A stretch of 52,934 nt of DNA from a virus (Duplodnaviria; Caudoviricetes). The position numbers and the translations under genes are program-made. The notes beneath the pieces are model-generated. The model was not told the origin of the DNA. It saw only the letters and a program-made list of their open reading frames with translations, and did not search any database. Of the stretch, positions 9,742-19,901 are shown piece by piece; position 1 is the first letter of the stretch, and every line of letters begins with the position of its first letter. Where the stretch lies: the IMG/VR virus record IMGVR_UViG_3300011126_000153, positions 1-52,934 of that record. One strand, 5' to 3'.

Positions 9742-11904
9742 ATGGCATATCCTGATATATCTTACTACGAGAAGAAAGAACCTAATGTAATGGCATATCC
9801 TGATATATCTCATTACGAGAGTAAAATCCCCCAAGAGATGAATCAAGAAGACGGGGGCATACTCTCTAATATAGGAAACTATTTATACGAAGGGGCGGGC
9901 AAATTAAGCGATACTCACGATTTTATGAGAAACACGCTTTTACAAAGCTTCGTTAAACCTATTGTTAATTTACCAAGTCAGGCTGCTGGAGTATTAGGTG
10001 ATGCTATTCAGTATCAAACTAATATAGAAAGAAAAAAATTAGGTGATTATGAACCTGCTCCTGAAATAGATATAAGTTCAAGAATTCCAACTTATGAAGG
10101 TGCTAGTGAGCTTACAGGAATTGGTGCAGCACGTGAACCTGAAAATGCCGCGGAAAGAATGTTCTCAAATATGTCTGATACGGCGTCAGTATTCGCCCCA
10201 TTTGGACTGATTGGCAAAGGAAAGGGGGCAGCAAAGGCGTTGCAATCAACTCTTACAGGTACTGCTGTTGGAGCAGGAAGTGGCTCGATGCAAGAAGTAG
10301 GAGTTAATCCTCTTGCTGCTGATCTTTTATCAGCATTCGCTGCACCAACAGCGGCAAGAGGACTTTCAAAAGCTGCAAAAGGAACTGGTAATTTATTGCA
10401 TAAATTTACCTCTGCTGGACAAGAAGCAAGTGCAAAAAGCGCGGCTAGTGATATTTTGAAAGATAAAATCGGTGATAAGAATATTCAAAAAGTAATTGAA
10501 AATTTAAACGCCAAGACTCCTTTTAACACTCAGCTTACCACTGCTGAATTGGGCGAAAATACAGGACTGTCATCTCTTGACAGAGCTTTGTCCTCTAATA
10601 TCCCAGCTATGGCAGAAAAACAAGCTATAACCGATGAAATAATCAGAAAACAACTAAATATGTTATCTCCTAAATCTGGCTTAGATCCTTCTGTACAAGG
10701 GGAGGCTGTTAGAGATTATTTATCTAAAGAATTAGGTGGTAGAAAAAAAATCAGGTCTGATGTTACAGAGCCTCTCTATAAAGAATTGAATGAAATAAGA
10801 CAAGGCGTTGATATTCCAAACACAAAAGCTTTTCTAGAAAGAGAAAAGAAATTTGCTAAAGGAGATATAAAAAAGAATCTCAATTATGTTGAAGATATTA
10901 TTCAAAGTAATACTACGTCTAAAAGAGATGCGGCTCAGTTTGATAAATTATATGGAAATTTAGGACAGAAGGCACGGTCACAACTCGAAAAAGAGGTTTC
11001 AGGGCAACCAGTACCAGCGGAACTAACAAACGCTTTAAAAGATATATCAGGAAGAATTGGTGTCGCTAAAAGATCTGGTAATAATGAAGTGGCGCGAGTT
11101 TTATCAAAGGCTAAAGAAAATATTCTTATGGATATGTCACAAATACCCGAAGAAAAAATAGCAAGAGATGCTTATTCTCGATTATCTAAACCAGTTTCTG
11201 CTATTGAACAACAGCCATTACCAGGGGGTATTGTAAAAAAAGATACTTTTGGACAAGAATTTTTAACTTCCCCGGAGCGTATACCTGGCAAGATATTGAG
11301 TAGTAGCGTAAAGGATACTAAAGCTTTGATGTCAGCAATAGGAAAAGATAAAAACACTCTAAATATGGTAAGAGGCTCAGTAGTTGATAAATTATTCAGC
11401 ACTTCTGAACTTTCCTCTATTAACGCCCTTGGACAACAAAACCTTTCATATAATAAACTAAATAACTTTTTAAAGAAGCAGAAAGGAAAGCTTGAGCATA
11501 TTTTTGATAAAAACCAAGTCAAGGTTTTAGATGATGTAAAAGGTATTCTAAAAAGACGTAATATGGTTGCCACAGTGGGTAGAGGAGTTGGTTCTAATAC
11601 TCAATCTCAAACTACTCTTTTAGAAGGTATTACTAACCCAGTTACACAATCCGTAGGAAAGAAATTTTTACAAAAAATACCAGGTGGAAAATATATAACA
11701 CCAGTATTTGAATTTGCGAAAGATTATCAAAAACAACAAATAACAAAAATATTAGAACAAGCATTACTAGATCCTAAGGTAGCTAATAAACTCTTGACTC
11801 CTGTAAGTTCGATTAAAAATGAGCAAAGTTTAAAAGCTCTTTTACAAGAAATTGGCATCCCCGCAACGGCTTATACTCTAACTAAACAAGGAGAGGAAAA
11901 ATAA
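9742..11904 (+). CDS. Putative DNA ejection/transfer protein (P22 gp16/gp20-like role)
   Basis: 720 aa helical with a Gly/Ala hydrophobic segment; GSNTQ..ALLDPK C-terminus; duplicated MAYPDISxYE N-terminus. Confidence 0.6.
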   Translation: MAYPDISYYEKKEPNVMAYPDISHYESKIPQEMNQEDGGILSNIGNYLYEGAGKLSDTHDFMRNTLLQSFVKPIVNLPSQAAGVLGDAIQYQTNIERKKLGDYEPAPEIDISSRIPTYEGASELTGIGAAREPENAAERMFSNMSDTASVFAPFGLIGKGKGAAKALQSTLTGTAVGAGSGSMQEVGVNPLAADLLSAFAAPTAARGLSKAAKGTGNLLHKFTSAGQEASAKSAASDILKDKIGDKNIQKVIENLNAKTPFNTQLTTAELGENTGLSSLDRALSSNIPAMAEKQAITDEIIRKQLNMLSPKSGLDPSVQGEAVRDYLSKELGGRKKIRSDVTEPLYKELNEIRQGVDIPNTKAFLEREKKFAKGDIKKNLNYVEDIIQSNTTSKRDAAQFDKLYGNLGQKARSQLEKEVSGQPVPAELTNALKDISGRIGVAKRSGNNEVARVLSKAKENILMDMSQIPEEKIARDAYSRLSKPVSAIEQQPLPGGIVKKDTFGQEFLTSPERIPGKILSSSVKDTKALMSAIGKDKNTLNMVRGSVVDKLFSTSELSSINALGQQNLSYNKLNNFLKKQKGKLEHIFDKNQVKVLDDVKGILKRRNMVATVGRGVGSNTQSQTTLLEGITNPVTQSVGKKFLQKIPGGKYITPVFEFAKDYQKQQITKILEQALLDPKVANKLLTPVSSIKNEQSLKALLQEIGIPATAYTLTKQGEEK

Positions 11905-11905
11905 T

Positions 11906-12547
11906 ATGGATTATAACTCCCTAACTAAGCAAATACAGGATTACTCGAACAGAACAGATGATTTTTTTCTAGACCAAATACCAGATTTTATTAATCAAGG
12001 TATTAGTAGAATTTATAGCGAAGCTCGAAGTATTGGTTTTCAGAAAATTGTAAATGGTAGTACCGCTTCTAATACTCCTATACTTAATAACCCCAATGAT
12101 TGGAAAGAAACAATTAGTTTATCTATTACTGATACAGATACCTCAACTCAAACTTTTTTGTTACCAAGATCTTATGAATTTTGCATAACATATGAACCTG
12201 ATATAAACGCAGCTAATAAACCTATGTTTTATGCAAATTATGAGATGCCAGCAGCTAATGACTCAACTAGTTTTACTTTTCTTTCTCCTAAACCTGATAA
12301 GGATTATAATTATGAGCTAATTTATTTAAGCTTACCATTATTTAATAAACAAAATCCCGAGAATTTTCTTACAGACAGATACCCAAGCTTGCTTTTATAT
12401 GCTTGTTTATTTGAAGCTATACCGTTTTTAAAAGATGACGAACGTATAGCTACGTTTGAGTCTTTATACAATAGAGCATTAAAAGACATCATGGGTGATT
12501 CTAAAGAAAGGCTCACAGATAGATTAAGTACTAGGGAGAAAACTTAA
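11906..12547 (+). CDS. Podoviral adaptor/tail tubular protein A-like
   Basis: YNSLTKQIQDYSNR..IPDFI; PKPDKDY; NFLTDRYPSLLLYACLFEAIPFLKDDERI. Confidence 0.75.
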   Translation: MDYNSLTKQIQDYSNRTDDFFLDQIPDFINQGISRIYSEARSIGFQKIVNGSTASNTPILNNPNDWKETISLSITDTDTSTQTFLLPRSYEFCITYEPDINAANKPMFYANYEMPAANDSTSFTFLSPKPDKDYNYELIYLSLPLFNKQNPENFLTDRYPSLLLYACLFEAIPFLKDDERIATFESLYNRALKDIMGDSKERLTDRLSTREKT

Positions 12548-14130
12548 TGGCAGCACAACTTTTTTCATTAGGATATAGCCCTGGTCTCAAAAGAGACGGA
12601 ACAATGTTTCAATCAAAATATTGTATTGATGGCAAATGGGTGAGATTTCATCAGAAGGGCAAGATTAGAAAAATAGGTGGAATGAAAGGAGCGCCAACCG
12701 ACCCCGCGATGAATATAGTTACTAAAACGATGGTTTTCCCTTGGAAAGATGGGGGAGAATCTGTAAATTTTATTTGTGGAGAGCTAGGAATTAGTGCGCA
12801 AATTAATTCGCCAGATTGGGTTTTTACTAGTAGTAAGGTTTTATTAAATTTGGGTCTAGGGGCTACCCAAATGTGGGAGGCTGAAACCGTTACTACGAAA
12901 ACTGAGAAGAAAACCTATGTATTATTTATGCTTACCCATAATGCAAACGATATAAATGAAGGAAAAACTGAAGCTATCTTTTATAGAAAAGATCTTTCTG
13001 CTGCAAATACGGCAGGAATTGAAGCAAACCCTATGACCGGTGTGAACCCATTAATTACTGGTGGTTTGGTTTTTAGTGATCCTTATCTATTCTTATATGG
13101 TTCTAATGGCTTAGTTCAATATAGTAAATCAAATGACCCATTTACTTTTGACAAAGATGACCTTGTATATCTTCCTACTCCACATAAAGTTATTTATGGT
13201 CGACCAACTCGTGGCGGTGATAAAAGCCCAACTCTTCTTTTTTGGACTACTTCTACTGTTGTAAGATTAACTAATCAAATAGGAGATGTAGCATCATTTA
13301 AACCAGATATTATATCAAGTAACACCTCAATTTTATCTAGTAAATGTGTAATTGAATATGACGGGTTATTTTTCTGGCCTGGAACTGATAGATTCTTCGT
13401 TTATAACGGAATTGTCCAAGAACTGGATAATAACATAAATCTCGATTATTTCTTTGACAATATTGACATGGATAGACGCCAACAAGTCTTTGGTGTGGAG
13501 AATACAAGATATGGTGAGATGTGGTGGTTTTATCCAGTAAAAGATGTGCCGGGTGCTAACTCCAGAGCTATTATATATAACAAAAGGGAGAATACTTGGT
13601 ACGATACAGATATTTCAAGAACGGCTGGTGTTTTTTCTGGTGACTTTGGTTTTATGAGTACATACGGGAAATTCCTCGAAATTGCTCCCGAAAGAAACCC
13701 AGAAGAGACTAACCTTTGGAAACATGAGGTGGGTTCTGTCCAAGACGGAGTCTATCCAGATGGGCAAAATATAACCCCAATAATTTCATCTTTTACTACA
13801 CCAATATTTTCATGGGCGGCGTTTCCTCCTAACTCTAATTCAGAGGAAAAAGCTCCTAAATTAGTCAATAGATGGGTGGATTTACAAAGAATAGAACCTG
13901 ATTTTGTTGTCAAGGATGGCCAAGGGCCTACTAATTTTACAGTAGCAGTTAACACGCAAGAATACGCTCAAAGTAAGATAGCAACTAGCGATCCAACGCC
14001 ATTTACGGCGGCTACGGAAAAACTCGATATGAGGGTTCAAGGGCGTAATATGAGTCTTACATTTTCCTCAGACAACTTTTTTCAAGCTGGGAATATAGTA
14101 TTGTTACTAGGTGTGGGGGATGCTCGATAA
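12547..14130 (+). CDS. Tail nozzle/tubular protein B-like (P22 gp10-like beta-propeller)
   Basis: PGLKRDGT..DGKWVRF..KIGG; RFFVYNGIV; GEMWWFYP; YNKRENTWY. Confidence 0.75.
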   Translation: MAAQLFSLGYSPGLKRDGTMFQSKYCIDGKWVRFHQKGKIRKIGGMKGAPTDPAMNIVTKTMVFPWKDGGESVNFICGELGISAQINSPDWVFTSSKVLLNLGLGATQMWEAETVTTKTEKKTYVLFMLTHNANDINEGKTEAIFYRKDLSAANTAGIEANPMTGVNPLITGGLVFSDPYLFLYGSNGLVQYSKSNDPFTFDKDDLVYLPTPHKVIYGRPTRGGDKSPTLLFWTTSTVVRLTNQIGDVASFKPDIISSNTSILSSKCVIEYDGLFFWPGTDRFFVYNGIVQELDNNINLDYFFDNIDMDRRQQVFGVENTRYGEMWWFYPVKDVPGANSRAIIYNKRENTWYDTDISRTAGVFSGDFGFMSTYGKFLEIAPERNPEETNLWKHEVGSVQDGVYPDGQNITPIISSFTTPIFSWAAFPPNSNSEEKAPKLVNRWVDLQRIEPDFVVKDGQGPTNFTVAVNTQEYAQSKIATSDPTPFTAATEKLDMRVQGRNMSLTFSSDNFFQAGNIVLLLGVGDAR

Positions 14131-14390
14131 TGCTAGTAGTTTGGCCAGAATACATATCTTTGAATAATTGGAGCGCAGCTTTAATAACAGATTATCCAAA
14201 TGATAATGTACCCATTTTATATGATGACAAGAAATGGAAGGACTGGGGAGCGTCTGTAGTTGAAGTAGGTATTTTTGCACGCAAATCCATCCCCTCTCCA
14301 TTTTCTATTAAGCAAGGCTCTAAAAAGGATTCTTTCAAAGATTGGCAAGAATGGGCTAAAACCGTCTATTTGATAATGAATAATGAATAA
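14130..14390 (+). CDS. Small Trp-rich tail-cluster protein
   Basis: Coupled (TAATG) to the previous gene; WKDWG and WQEWA. Confidence 0.65.
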   Translation: MLVVWPEYISLNNWSAALITDYPNDNVPILYDDKKWKDWGASVVEVGIFARKSIPSPFSIKQGSKKDSFKDWQEWAKTVYLIMNNE

Positions 14391-14423
14391 TGAATAACAA
14401 ACACAACGTAACAAGAGGTTAGA

Positions 14424-15920
14424 ATGTTTAACACAAGCTTTAATAATGGTTATCAAAACCAAGGTTCTTATAATTCGTACGGTCAAGATAATTCGTACGG
14501 TCAAGATAATTTATTATCTAATATGATGAATAATAACATTCCTTATCCCGTTGATCCTTCTCAATTAGCTCCTGATGCTAATGTTCCAAATTGGAACGCA
14601 AGGAATTATGCTAAGGGCGGAAAGGTAAAGAGAAAAAATGGGGGTAAAGCAGGGCTTGATTATTCAGGTATGGCTGAGAAGATCAGGCAACAAGGAGGTG
14701 ACGAAGACACTGTATTAGCTCATATCAACCCATTAGAAGAAATGATACTAAAAGAGATGGGCGGTAGTGGTGAAATAAATCCTGTCACTGGATTGCGACA
14801 ATATGGGATATTTAATAGCCCGGGTAAATGGTTTAAGTCTGTTATAGGGCCTAGTGTCGGAGCAGTGCTTGGTAATCTGATGTTACCTGGTATTGGTGGC
14901 GTTCTAGGGGGGGCGTTAGGTGGAGTCGGTGGCTCTATGGCTCGTGGTCGAAAGGATATGGGGCAATCTGCGCTTCGAGGGGGGATGATGGGATTAGCTC
15001 TGCCTACTGCTTCTGGTCTTCTTGGGAGCGGAGCAAGCGCTCTTGGTGCAAAAGGTCTAGGAACCAGCCTGAGTAATTATGGAGCTGCTAACGCAGTGTT
15101 ACCTTCTATAGGTCTAGGGGGTATGTTTGGAGGCGAGGCAGCGGCTGGAGCTGGTGCAGCAGAAGCAGCTAAGGCTGGAGCTGCTTCTGCTGGTTCTACG
15201 GCGGCCTCTACTGCCGCCTCTACAGCAGCGAAGGCTGCGGCAACTGAAGCAGCTAAAACCGCAGCAGCTGAAGCAGTAAAGAAAGGCATAATTGAAAAGA
15301 TGCTAACTGAACCGGCTAATCTTTTGGCATTAGGGTCTCTTGCTGGACAATTTATGAACCAACCGAAAGAGAAAAAAGAAAAAAGCCCAGAACAGCAGGC
15401 CGATGAAGCAAAGCGCCTAGAAATGTCATTGTTAAAAACCCCCTCTCAATTAGCTGCTATAGAAGCTAATAATCTTGCCACAATGCAGGGAAAAAGAAGA
15501 AATGCTAGAAGACAGTTTGTACCTGAAGAACGACTAGGTAATATTTCACCTCTATCTAATAGAAGTAATACCCCTGAGGAACGCCAACAACAGGGAAAAT
15601 GGTTAAATTATTATAATGAGGGTGGCGCGGTTTCTCCTAACGATATGTACGAACTTGAAATTGAATCATCCGAACAATCTCCAGAAGAAGGATATTATGT
15701 ATCAGGTGATACGGGGGGGCAAGATGATAAAATAAAGGCTTACCTTTCTGATGGCGAAGTTGTTGTACCGGCTGATATTGTAGCTCATTTAGGAGGAGGT
15801 AATAACGCTGCTGGAGCAAAGAATATAATAAATTCTTTTAAAAAACTCCGCAAGCATAGAGGCAGTTCAGTTAAAAAACTACCTCCAAAAGCAAAATCAT
15901 TTGAAAAATATTTAAAATAA
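14424..15920 (+). CDS. Putative pilot/ejection protein with Gly/Ala membrane-like core
   Basis: DTVLAHINPLE..GGSG.INPVTGL; Gly-zipper segments; C-terminal GGQDDKIKAYLSDGEVVVPA resembling tape-measure C-termini. Confidence 0.65.
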   Translation: MFNTSFNNGYQNQGSYNSYGQDNSYGQDNLLSNMMNNNIPYPVDPSQLAPDANVPNWNARNYAKGGKVKRKNGGKAGLDYSGMAEKIRQQGGDEDTVLAHINPLEEMILKEMGGSGEINPVTGLRQYGIFNSPGKWFKSVIGPSVGAVLGNLMLPGIGGVLGGALGGVGGSMARGRKDMGQSALRGGMMGLALPTASGLLGSGASALGAKGLGTSLSNYGAANAVLPSIGLGGMFGGEAAAGAGAAEAAKAGAASAGSTAASTAASTAAKAAATEAAKTAAAEAVKKGIIEKMLTEPANLLALGSLAGQFMNQPKEKKEKSPEQQADEAKRLEMSLLKTPSQLAAIEANNLATMQGKRRNARRQFVPEERLGNISPLSNRSNTPEERQQQGKWLNYYNEGGAVSPNDMYELEIESSEQSPEEGYYVSGDTGGQDDKIKAYLSDGEVVVPADIVAHLGGGNNAAGAKNIINSFKKLRKHRGSSVKKLPPKAKSFEKYLK

Positions 15921-15931
15921 GGAGATGAATT

Positions 15932-18148
15932 ATGGGTTACTATTATAACTACCTTGAAGATGTAGATAGAAACGCTCCTTTAGGTACTGATGATTATAAT
16001 TATATGGGTACTAATCTTGATCGAAAGAAAGTATATGAACAAAAACCACGGATAATGTTCCCAAGATCGAAAAACTATCCTAATTTAGCTCCTGAACAAG
16101 TTTTTGACGAAGCGGGTAGGGTTTTAGCTGGAGATAGAAGAAGATTTTCCGGCATGAGTCGTCCTCAATACAAGGGAAAGACAACCGCTCCCATGTCTTC
16201 CCTTACTCAAAGGTCAAGAGGTTTACAACAACAATTTGCTCAAAAACCAGCTCCTTATACTAAAAAAATAGAAAGCGTTTTAAATCGCCCTCGTACGGGT
16301 ATTTCTGAACAATCTTTACAAGATCAATTACAGGGTGTAACCCGTGGGCAAACTGATTTTAGTAACAGGAACATGCTAAACTCTTTACGCAAACAATTTG
16401 GAGAATCCTATGCGCCTAGAGAAGAAAGGTTTATGCGTAAAGGTCAAAAGGATATTAGAAGAGAAGCCGAAAGAGCCGCCGGTAGCTTTGGTGATATAAG
16501 AACGGCTAGTGAAAATTTAGAAGGCTCTAGCAACGCACAACTCGTAAAGGCTCTTAGAGCTCAACAGTCTCAAAAAACAGGTCGTAGAAGTGCTTTAACA
16601 GGGATGCTTGATAAGTTTGGTAGTCAGAAACATGCACATACTAATTTAGTTAATCAAGCTGCACGCAGTGAATTTGATGAAGAAGCAGCCGCGCCGTATA
16701 AAAGAATGGATATGCTAGGTAGAACTATTCAATCTTTAAAGGGAGAAACTGAATTAGGAGTGCATCCAGATAGACAGGATCAAGCGGGTCTAGATATGAT
16801 ACAAGCGTTAAAAGCATACGGCGTCGATACTAACGCTCCAACTGATACATGGACTGGAGGAGGAAAACCATCATATCCTGGACAGTTAGTTAAGAATCTT
16901 TCGCCTGAGACGGAAACTTCTCATAGAGTTTTAGAAGCAATGAGTCCAAAATATAGAGATGCTTTTTATGGTAGTCGCAAAAATTTGACTAAACAATTAA
17001 TGGAAAATCAAAGCATAGGCGGACAGGCTATGGAAGCAGTCCCGGAAAGAATGCGCGGAGAAGTAGAGGCGCTTGAATCTGAAGCAAAAAAGAAATTGAA
17101 AAAAGATTTATCATCTCTTAGTCAGAAGTTTATACAATCTAATCAATATAATTCTCCACAGCATATAAAGGCCGCAGAAAACAGGGCTAGAGAAATTTCA
17201 GCATCTACTTTTGGAGAAAGAAATAAATTGTTACAAGATGCAATGAAATCTGAATTAGACACAGCTCATAAAGGTCAAATTTCTAAGTTTAGTCAATTAG
17301 GTCTTGAAGGAGAACAAGGGCAAAAAGAATACCATGATGCACTTAAGACTATCCAAGACATGAATACTCTAGGGTCTACTAAATGGGATAATGAGCAAAC
17401 CGAAAATGAAGATTTGTATAAAAATTATCAAGGTAGTACCTCGTGGGATTGGCCACATATGCAAGGTAGTACTGCTGGAGGAGGCGGAGGTGGTAATATA
17501 TCTTTAGATCAATTAGATAAATTAAATACTAGTTATAGTGAATCGGAAAAAGAACCAATGCGTAATGTTACCCCTATCACTAAGGCTGATGAATTAAAAC
17601 CAGCTATGAATTATCAAAATACTTTGGAGGGTCTTCAGGAGAATCAGAAGAGGCTAGATAAAGAATACGAAGAAAGGGTTAATCGTTGGAATGATGGAGG
17701 TGGTAAATTAAAAGGTCAGGCTTATTACGACGCCCGAAAGATTCTGGATAAATCACAAACTGATGCAATGAGGAATCAGCATGAGATTAAGAGGTTGCGT
17801 TATCAGGACGACCCAGAACACCTTGAAAAAATTGATAAATTGTTTAGAGATAGGATGGACAATATGGCTAAACATGCAAAGGAAGGAGAAGTAACAGGTC
17901 TTAAACGAGATGCACAAAGAGAGGTGGACGAGAGGAATCAAGCAAAATATAAGGCGGAACAACAAAAAATGAGAGATGACCAACCAGGCGATCCTTTTGC
18001 ACATCCAGCAGTAATGGGCAGACAGAAACTTCTTGGGAAATTTAGCAAAAAGTACTGGACTGAAGACTATGCAAGAGATTGGTTAAAAAGAGGCAACATA
18101 CCGTGGACTAGGAAGCATCAAGAGGCTTACTACGCGTCTAAAAAATGA
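15932..18148 (+). CDS. Putative internal virion/ejection protein
   Basis: 738 aa Gln/Arg-rich helical protein; internal repeat PxYxGxxxAxxS; end of the structural operon. Confidence 0.55.
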   Translation: MGYYYNYLEDVDRNAPLGTDDYNYMGTNLDRKKVYEQKPRIMFPRSKNYPNLAPEQVFDEAGRVLAGDRRRFSGMSRPQYKGKTTAPMSSLTQRSRGLQQQFAQKPAPYTKKIESVLNRPRTGISEQSLQDQLQGVTRGQTDFSNRNMLNSLRKQFGESYAPREERFMRKGQKDIRREAERAAGSFGDIRTASENLEGSSNAQLVKALRAQQSQKTGRRSALTGMLDKFGSQKHAHTNLVNQAARSEFDEEAAAPYKRMDMLGRTIQSLKGETELGVHPDRQDQAGLDMIQALKAYGVDTNAPTDTWTGGGKPSYPGQLVKNLSPETETSHRVLEAMSPKYRDAFYGSRKNLTKQLMENQSIGGQAMEAVPERMRGEVEALESEAKKKLKKDLSSLSQKFIQSNQYNSPQHIKAAENRAREISASTFGERNKLLQDAMKSELDTAHKGQISKFSQLGLEGEQGQKEYHDALKTIQDMNTLGSTKWDNEQTENEDLYKNYQGSTSWDWPHMQGSTAGGGGGGNISLDQLDKLNTSYSESEKEPMRNVTPITKADELKPAMNYQNTLEGLQENQKRLDKEYEERVNRWNDGGGKLKGQAYYDARKILDKSQTDAMRNQHEIKRLRYQDDPEHLEKIDKLFRDRMDNMAKHAKEGEVTGLKRDAQREVDERNQAKYKAEQQKMRDDQPGDPFAHPAVMGRQKLLGKFSKKYWTEDYARDWLKRGNIPWTRKHQEAYYASKK

Positions 18149-18447
18149 TTAGACATAAATTTAGAGCTATCCCAACAGAGGTAGACGGGATTAAGTTCGC
18201 CTCTAAAAAAGAAGCAAAACGCTTTAGGGAACTAAGACTGCTAGAAAAATCAGGGGAGTTATTGTTTTTCATAAGACAGACTCCCTGGCATTTACCAGGA
18301 AATGTAAAATACTTAAGCGATTTCTTCTGTTTCTGGAAGGATGGAAGTGCTACGGTTGAGGATGTGAAAGGCATGAAGACTTCTATGTATATCTTGAAAA
18401 AGAAACAAGTAGAAGCCCTTTATGGCGTTGTTATTACGGAGATTTAA
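18145..18447 (+). CDS. DUF1064-family PD-(D/E)XK nuclease
   Basis: KFRAIPTEVDGIKFASKKEAKRF..YLSDF..VEDVKG. Confidence 0.85.
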   Translation: MIRHKFRAIPTEVDGIKFASKKEAKRFRELRLLEKSGELLFFIRQTPWHLPGNVKYLSDFFCFWKDGSATVEDVKGMKTSMYILKKKQVEALYGVVITEI

Positions 18448-18927
18448 TTATGAAATATTCTTATAAAGTTCTGCAATCGGTGTTTCAAAAATTTTTGAAA
18501 GTTTGTATATTATAGAACCAGGTATTTCATCATGAGTTGTTTCATATCTAATAACTTGTTCTGGAGATACATTTAGTTTAATTGCTAGTTCCTTACGATG
18601 CATTTTATGAGTTTTTCTTAGTTCTTTTAAATTCTCAGAAATCTTTTTATCCATATTAGAACACCATTCAATTGGAAGAGTCGTATCGTTTATTGAAAGT
18701 GATGTATTTGCATAAAACTCCTCAATAGGAGTTTTGAAAAATTTTGCAAGTATTGATAATGAGGCAGCTGATATTCTGTTGGTAGCTTTTTCATATTTTT
18801 GAATTTGTTGAATGCTAACATTTAACACATTTCCTAGTCTTCTCTGGCTAAGCCCTTCTTTTATTCTCATTTGTTTTACGTTATGAGCAAGCTGTTTATC
18901 AATTATTGTACTGCGTGTGTTAGTCAT
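18448..18927 (-). CDS. XRE-family regulator with two HTH domains
   Basis: LSQRRLGNVLNVSIQQIQKYEKATNRISA (alphaproteobacterial-type) and a second HTH ELAIKLNVSPEQVIRYE. Confidence 0.9.
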   Translation of the reverse strand: MTNTRSTIIDKQLAHNVKQMRIKEGLSQRRLGNVLNVSIQQIQKYEKATNRISAASLSILAKFFKTPIEEFYANTSLSINDTTLPIEWCSNMDKKISENLKELRKTHKMHRKELAIKLNVSPEQVIRYETTHDEIPGSIIYKLSKIFETPIAELYKNIS

Positions 18928-18977
18928 TATTATTCTCCTAATTTGAAAATTTTGTTATATTGATTCATCAACATAAG

Positions 18978-19898
18978 TTATTTCTCTGTTTTTACTAGTT
19001 CAATAAGTTCAAGGCTAGAACTTTTCTTCCAAGCTTCTTTTAAAGAAGCAGATCCTTTATCTGTAATTTTGTTGTGATCTATATATAAGTATTCAAGACT
19101 AGTGTTTATTTTTAAAGCCTCAGCAAAAGCGATAGCTCCTTCGTCTGAAATTTTGGTATAATCTAAATAAAGTGATTTAAGATTAGTGTTTGTTTTTAAA
19201 GCCTCGGCTAATGCAATAGCTCCTTTGTCTGTAATGTGATTCATGCCTAAATCAAGGGAGGTAAGACTAGTATTTGTTTTTAAAGCCTCAGCTAGAGCGA
19301 TCGTTCCTTTGTCTTCAAGGTTGTTAAAACTTAAATCAATAAAATTAAGTGTAGTGTTTGTTTTCAAAGATTCGGCTAATGCAATAACTCCTCTATCTGT
19401 AATTTCATTTTCACCTAAATTAAGAAAGTGAAGTGCAGCGCCTATTTTTAAAACATGCGCCAAAGCAATAGCTCCTTCATCTGCAATCCGGTTCTGAACT
19501 AGTTCAAGCCTATTAAGGGTTAAGTTTTCTTTTACTAAGTCTGGTCTCCAAAACCAATCTTGATCTATAACGTTTCTAGGTACTACAATTCTAGGTAATA
19601 CAACCCAATCTCCTCCTATCAACCAAATCTTAGTTAAAGCAATAACTCCTTCGTCTGAAATTCGGTTGTGACTTAAATCAATACTACGAATAGAAGTATT
19701 TACCTTCAAAGCGTTAGCAAAAGCGATAACTCCTTCGACTGAAATTTGATTATTAGGTAGAAAAAGATGTTTGACCTCTTTATTTGTCATCAATTCGTCG
19801 GCTAATTCTATAGCTCTTTCATCATCTATGCTGCTGTTATATAAACTTAACAGCCCGTCATTTATCCCCCTTATGTATCTTTTAATAGTTGTACTCAT
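18978..19898 (-). CDS. RNI-like (NLRC3-type) leucine-rich repeat protein
   Basis: 28-aa repeats GAIALAEALKTNTxLxxLxLxxNxITDK. Confidence 0.92.
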   Translation of the reverse strand: MSTTIKRYIRGINDGLLSLYNSSIDDERAIELADELMTNKEVKHLFLPNNQISVEGVIAFANALKVNTSIRSIDLSHNRISDEGVIALTKIWLIGGDWVVLPRIVVPRNVIDQDWFWRPDLVKENLTLNRLELVQNRIADEGAIALAHVLKIGAALHFLNLGENEITDRGVIALAESLKTNTTLNFIDLSFNNLEDKGTIALAEALKTNTSLTSLDLGMNHITDKGAIALAEALKTNTNLKSLYLDYTKISDEGAIAFAEALKINTSLEYLYIDHNKITDKGSASLKEAWKKSSSLELIELVKTEK

Positions 19899-19901
19899 AA
19901 G

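Noticed and set aside
8581-14510. Short coding tandem repeats (MQAP at 8581, MAYPDIS at 9742, NSYGQD at about 14471) as contingency loci
   Set aside because: In-frame low-copy duplications in low-complexity termini; no frameshifting potential evident
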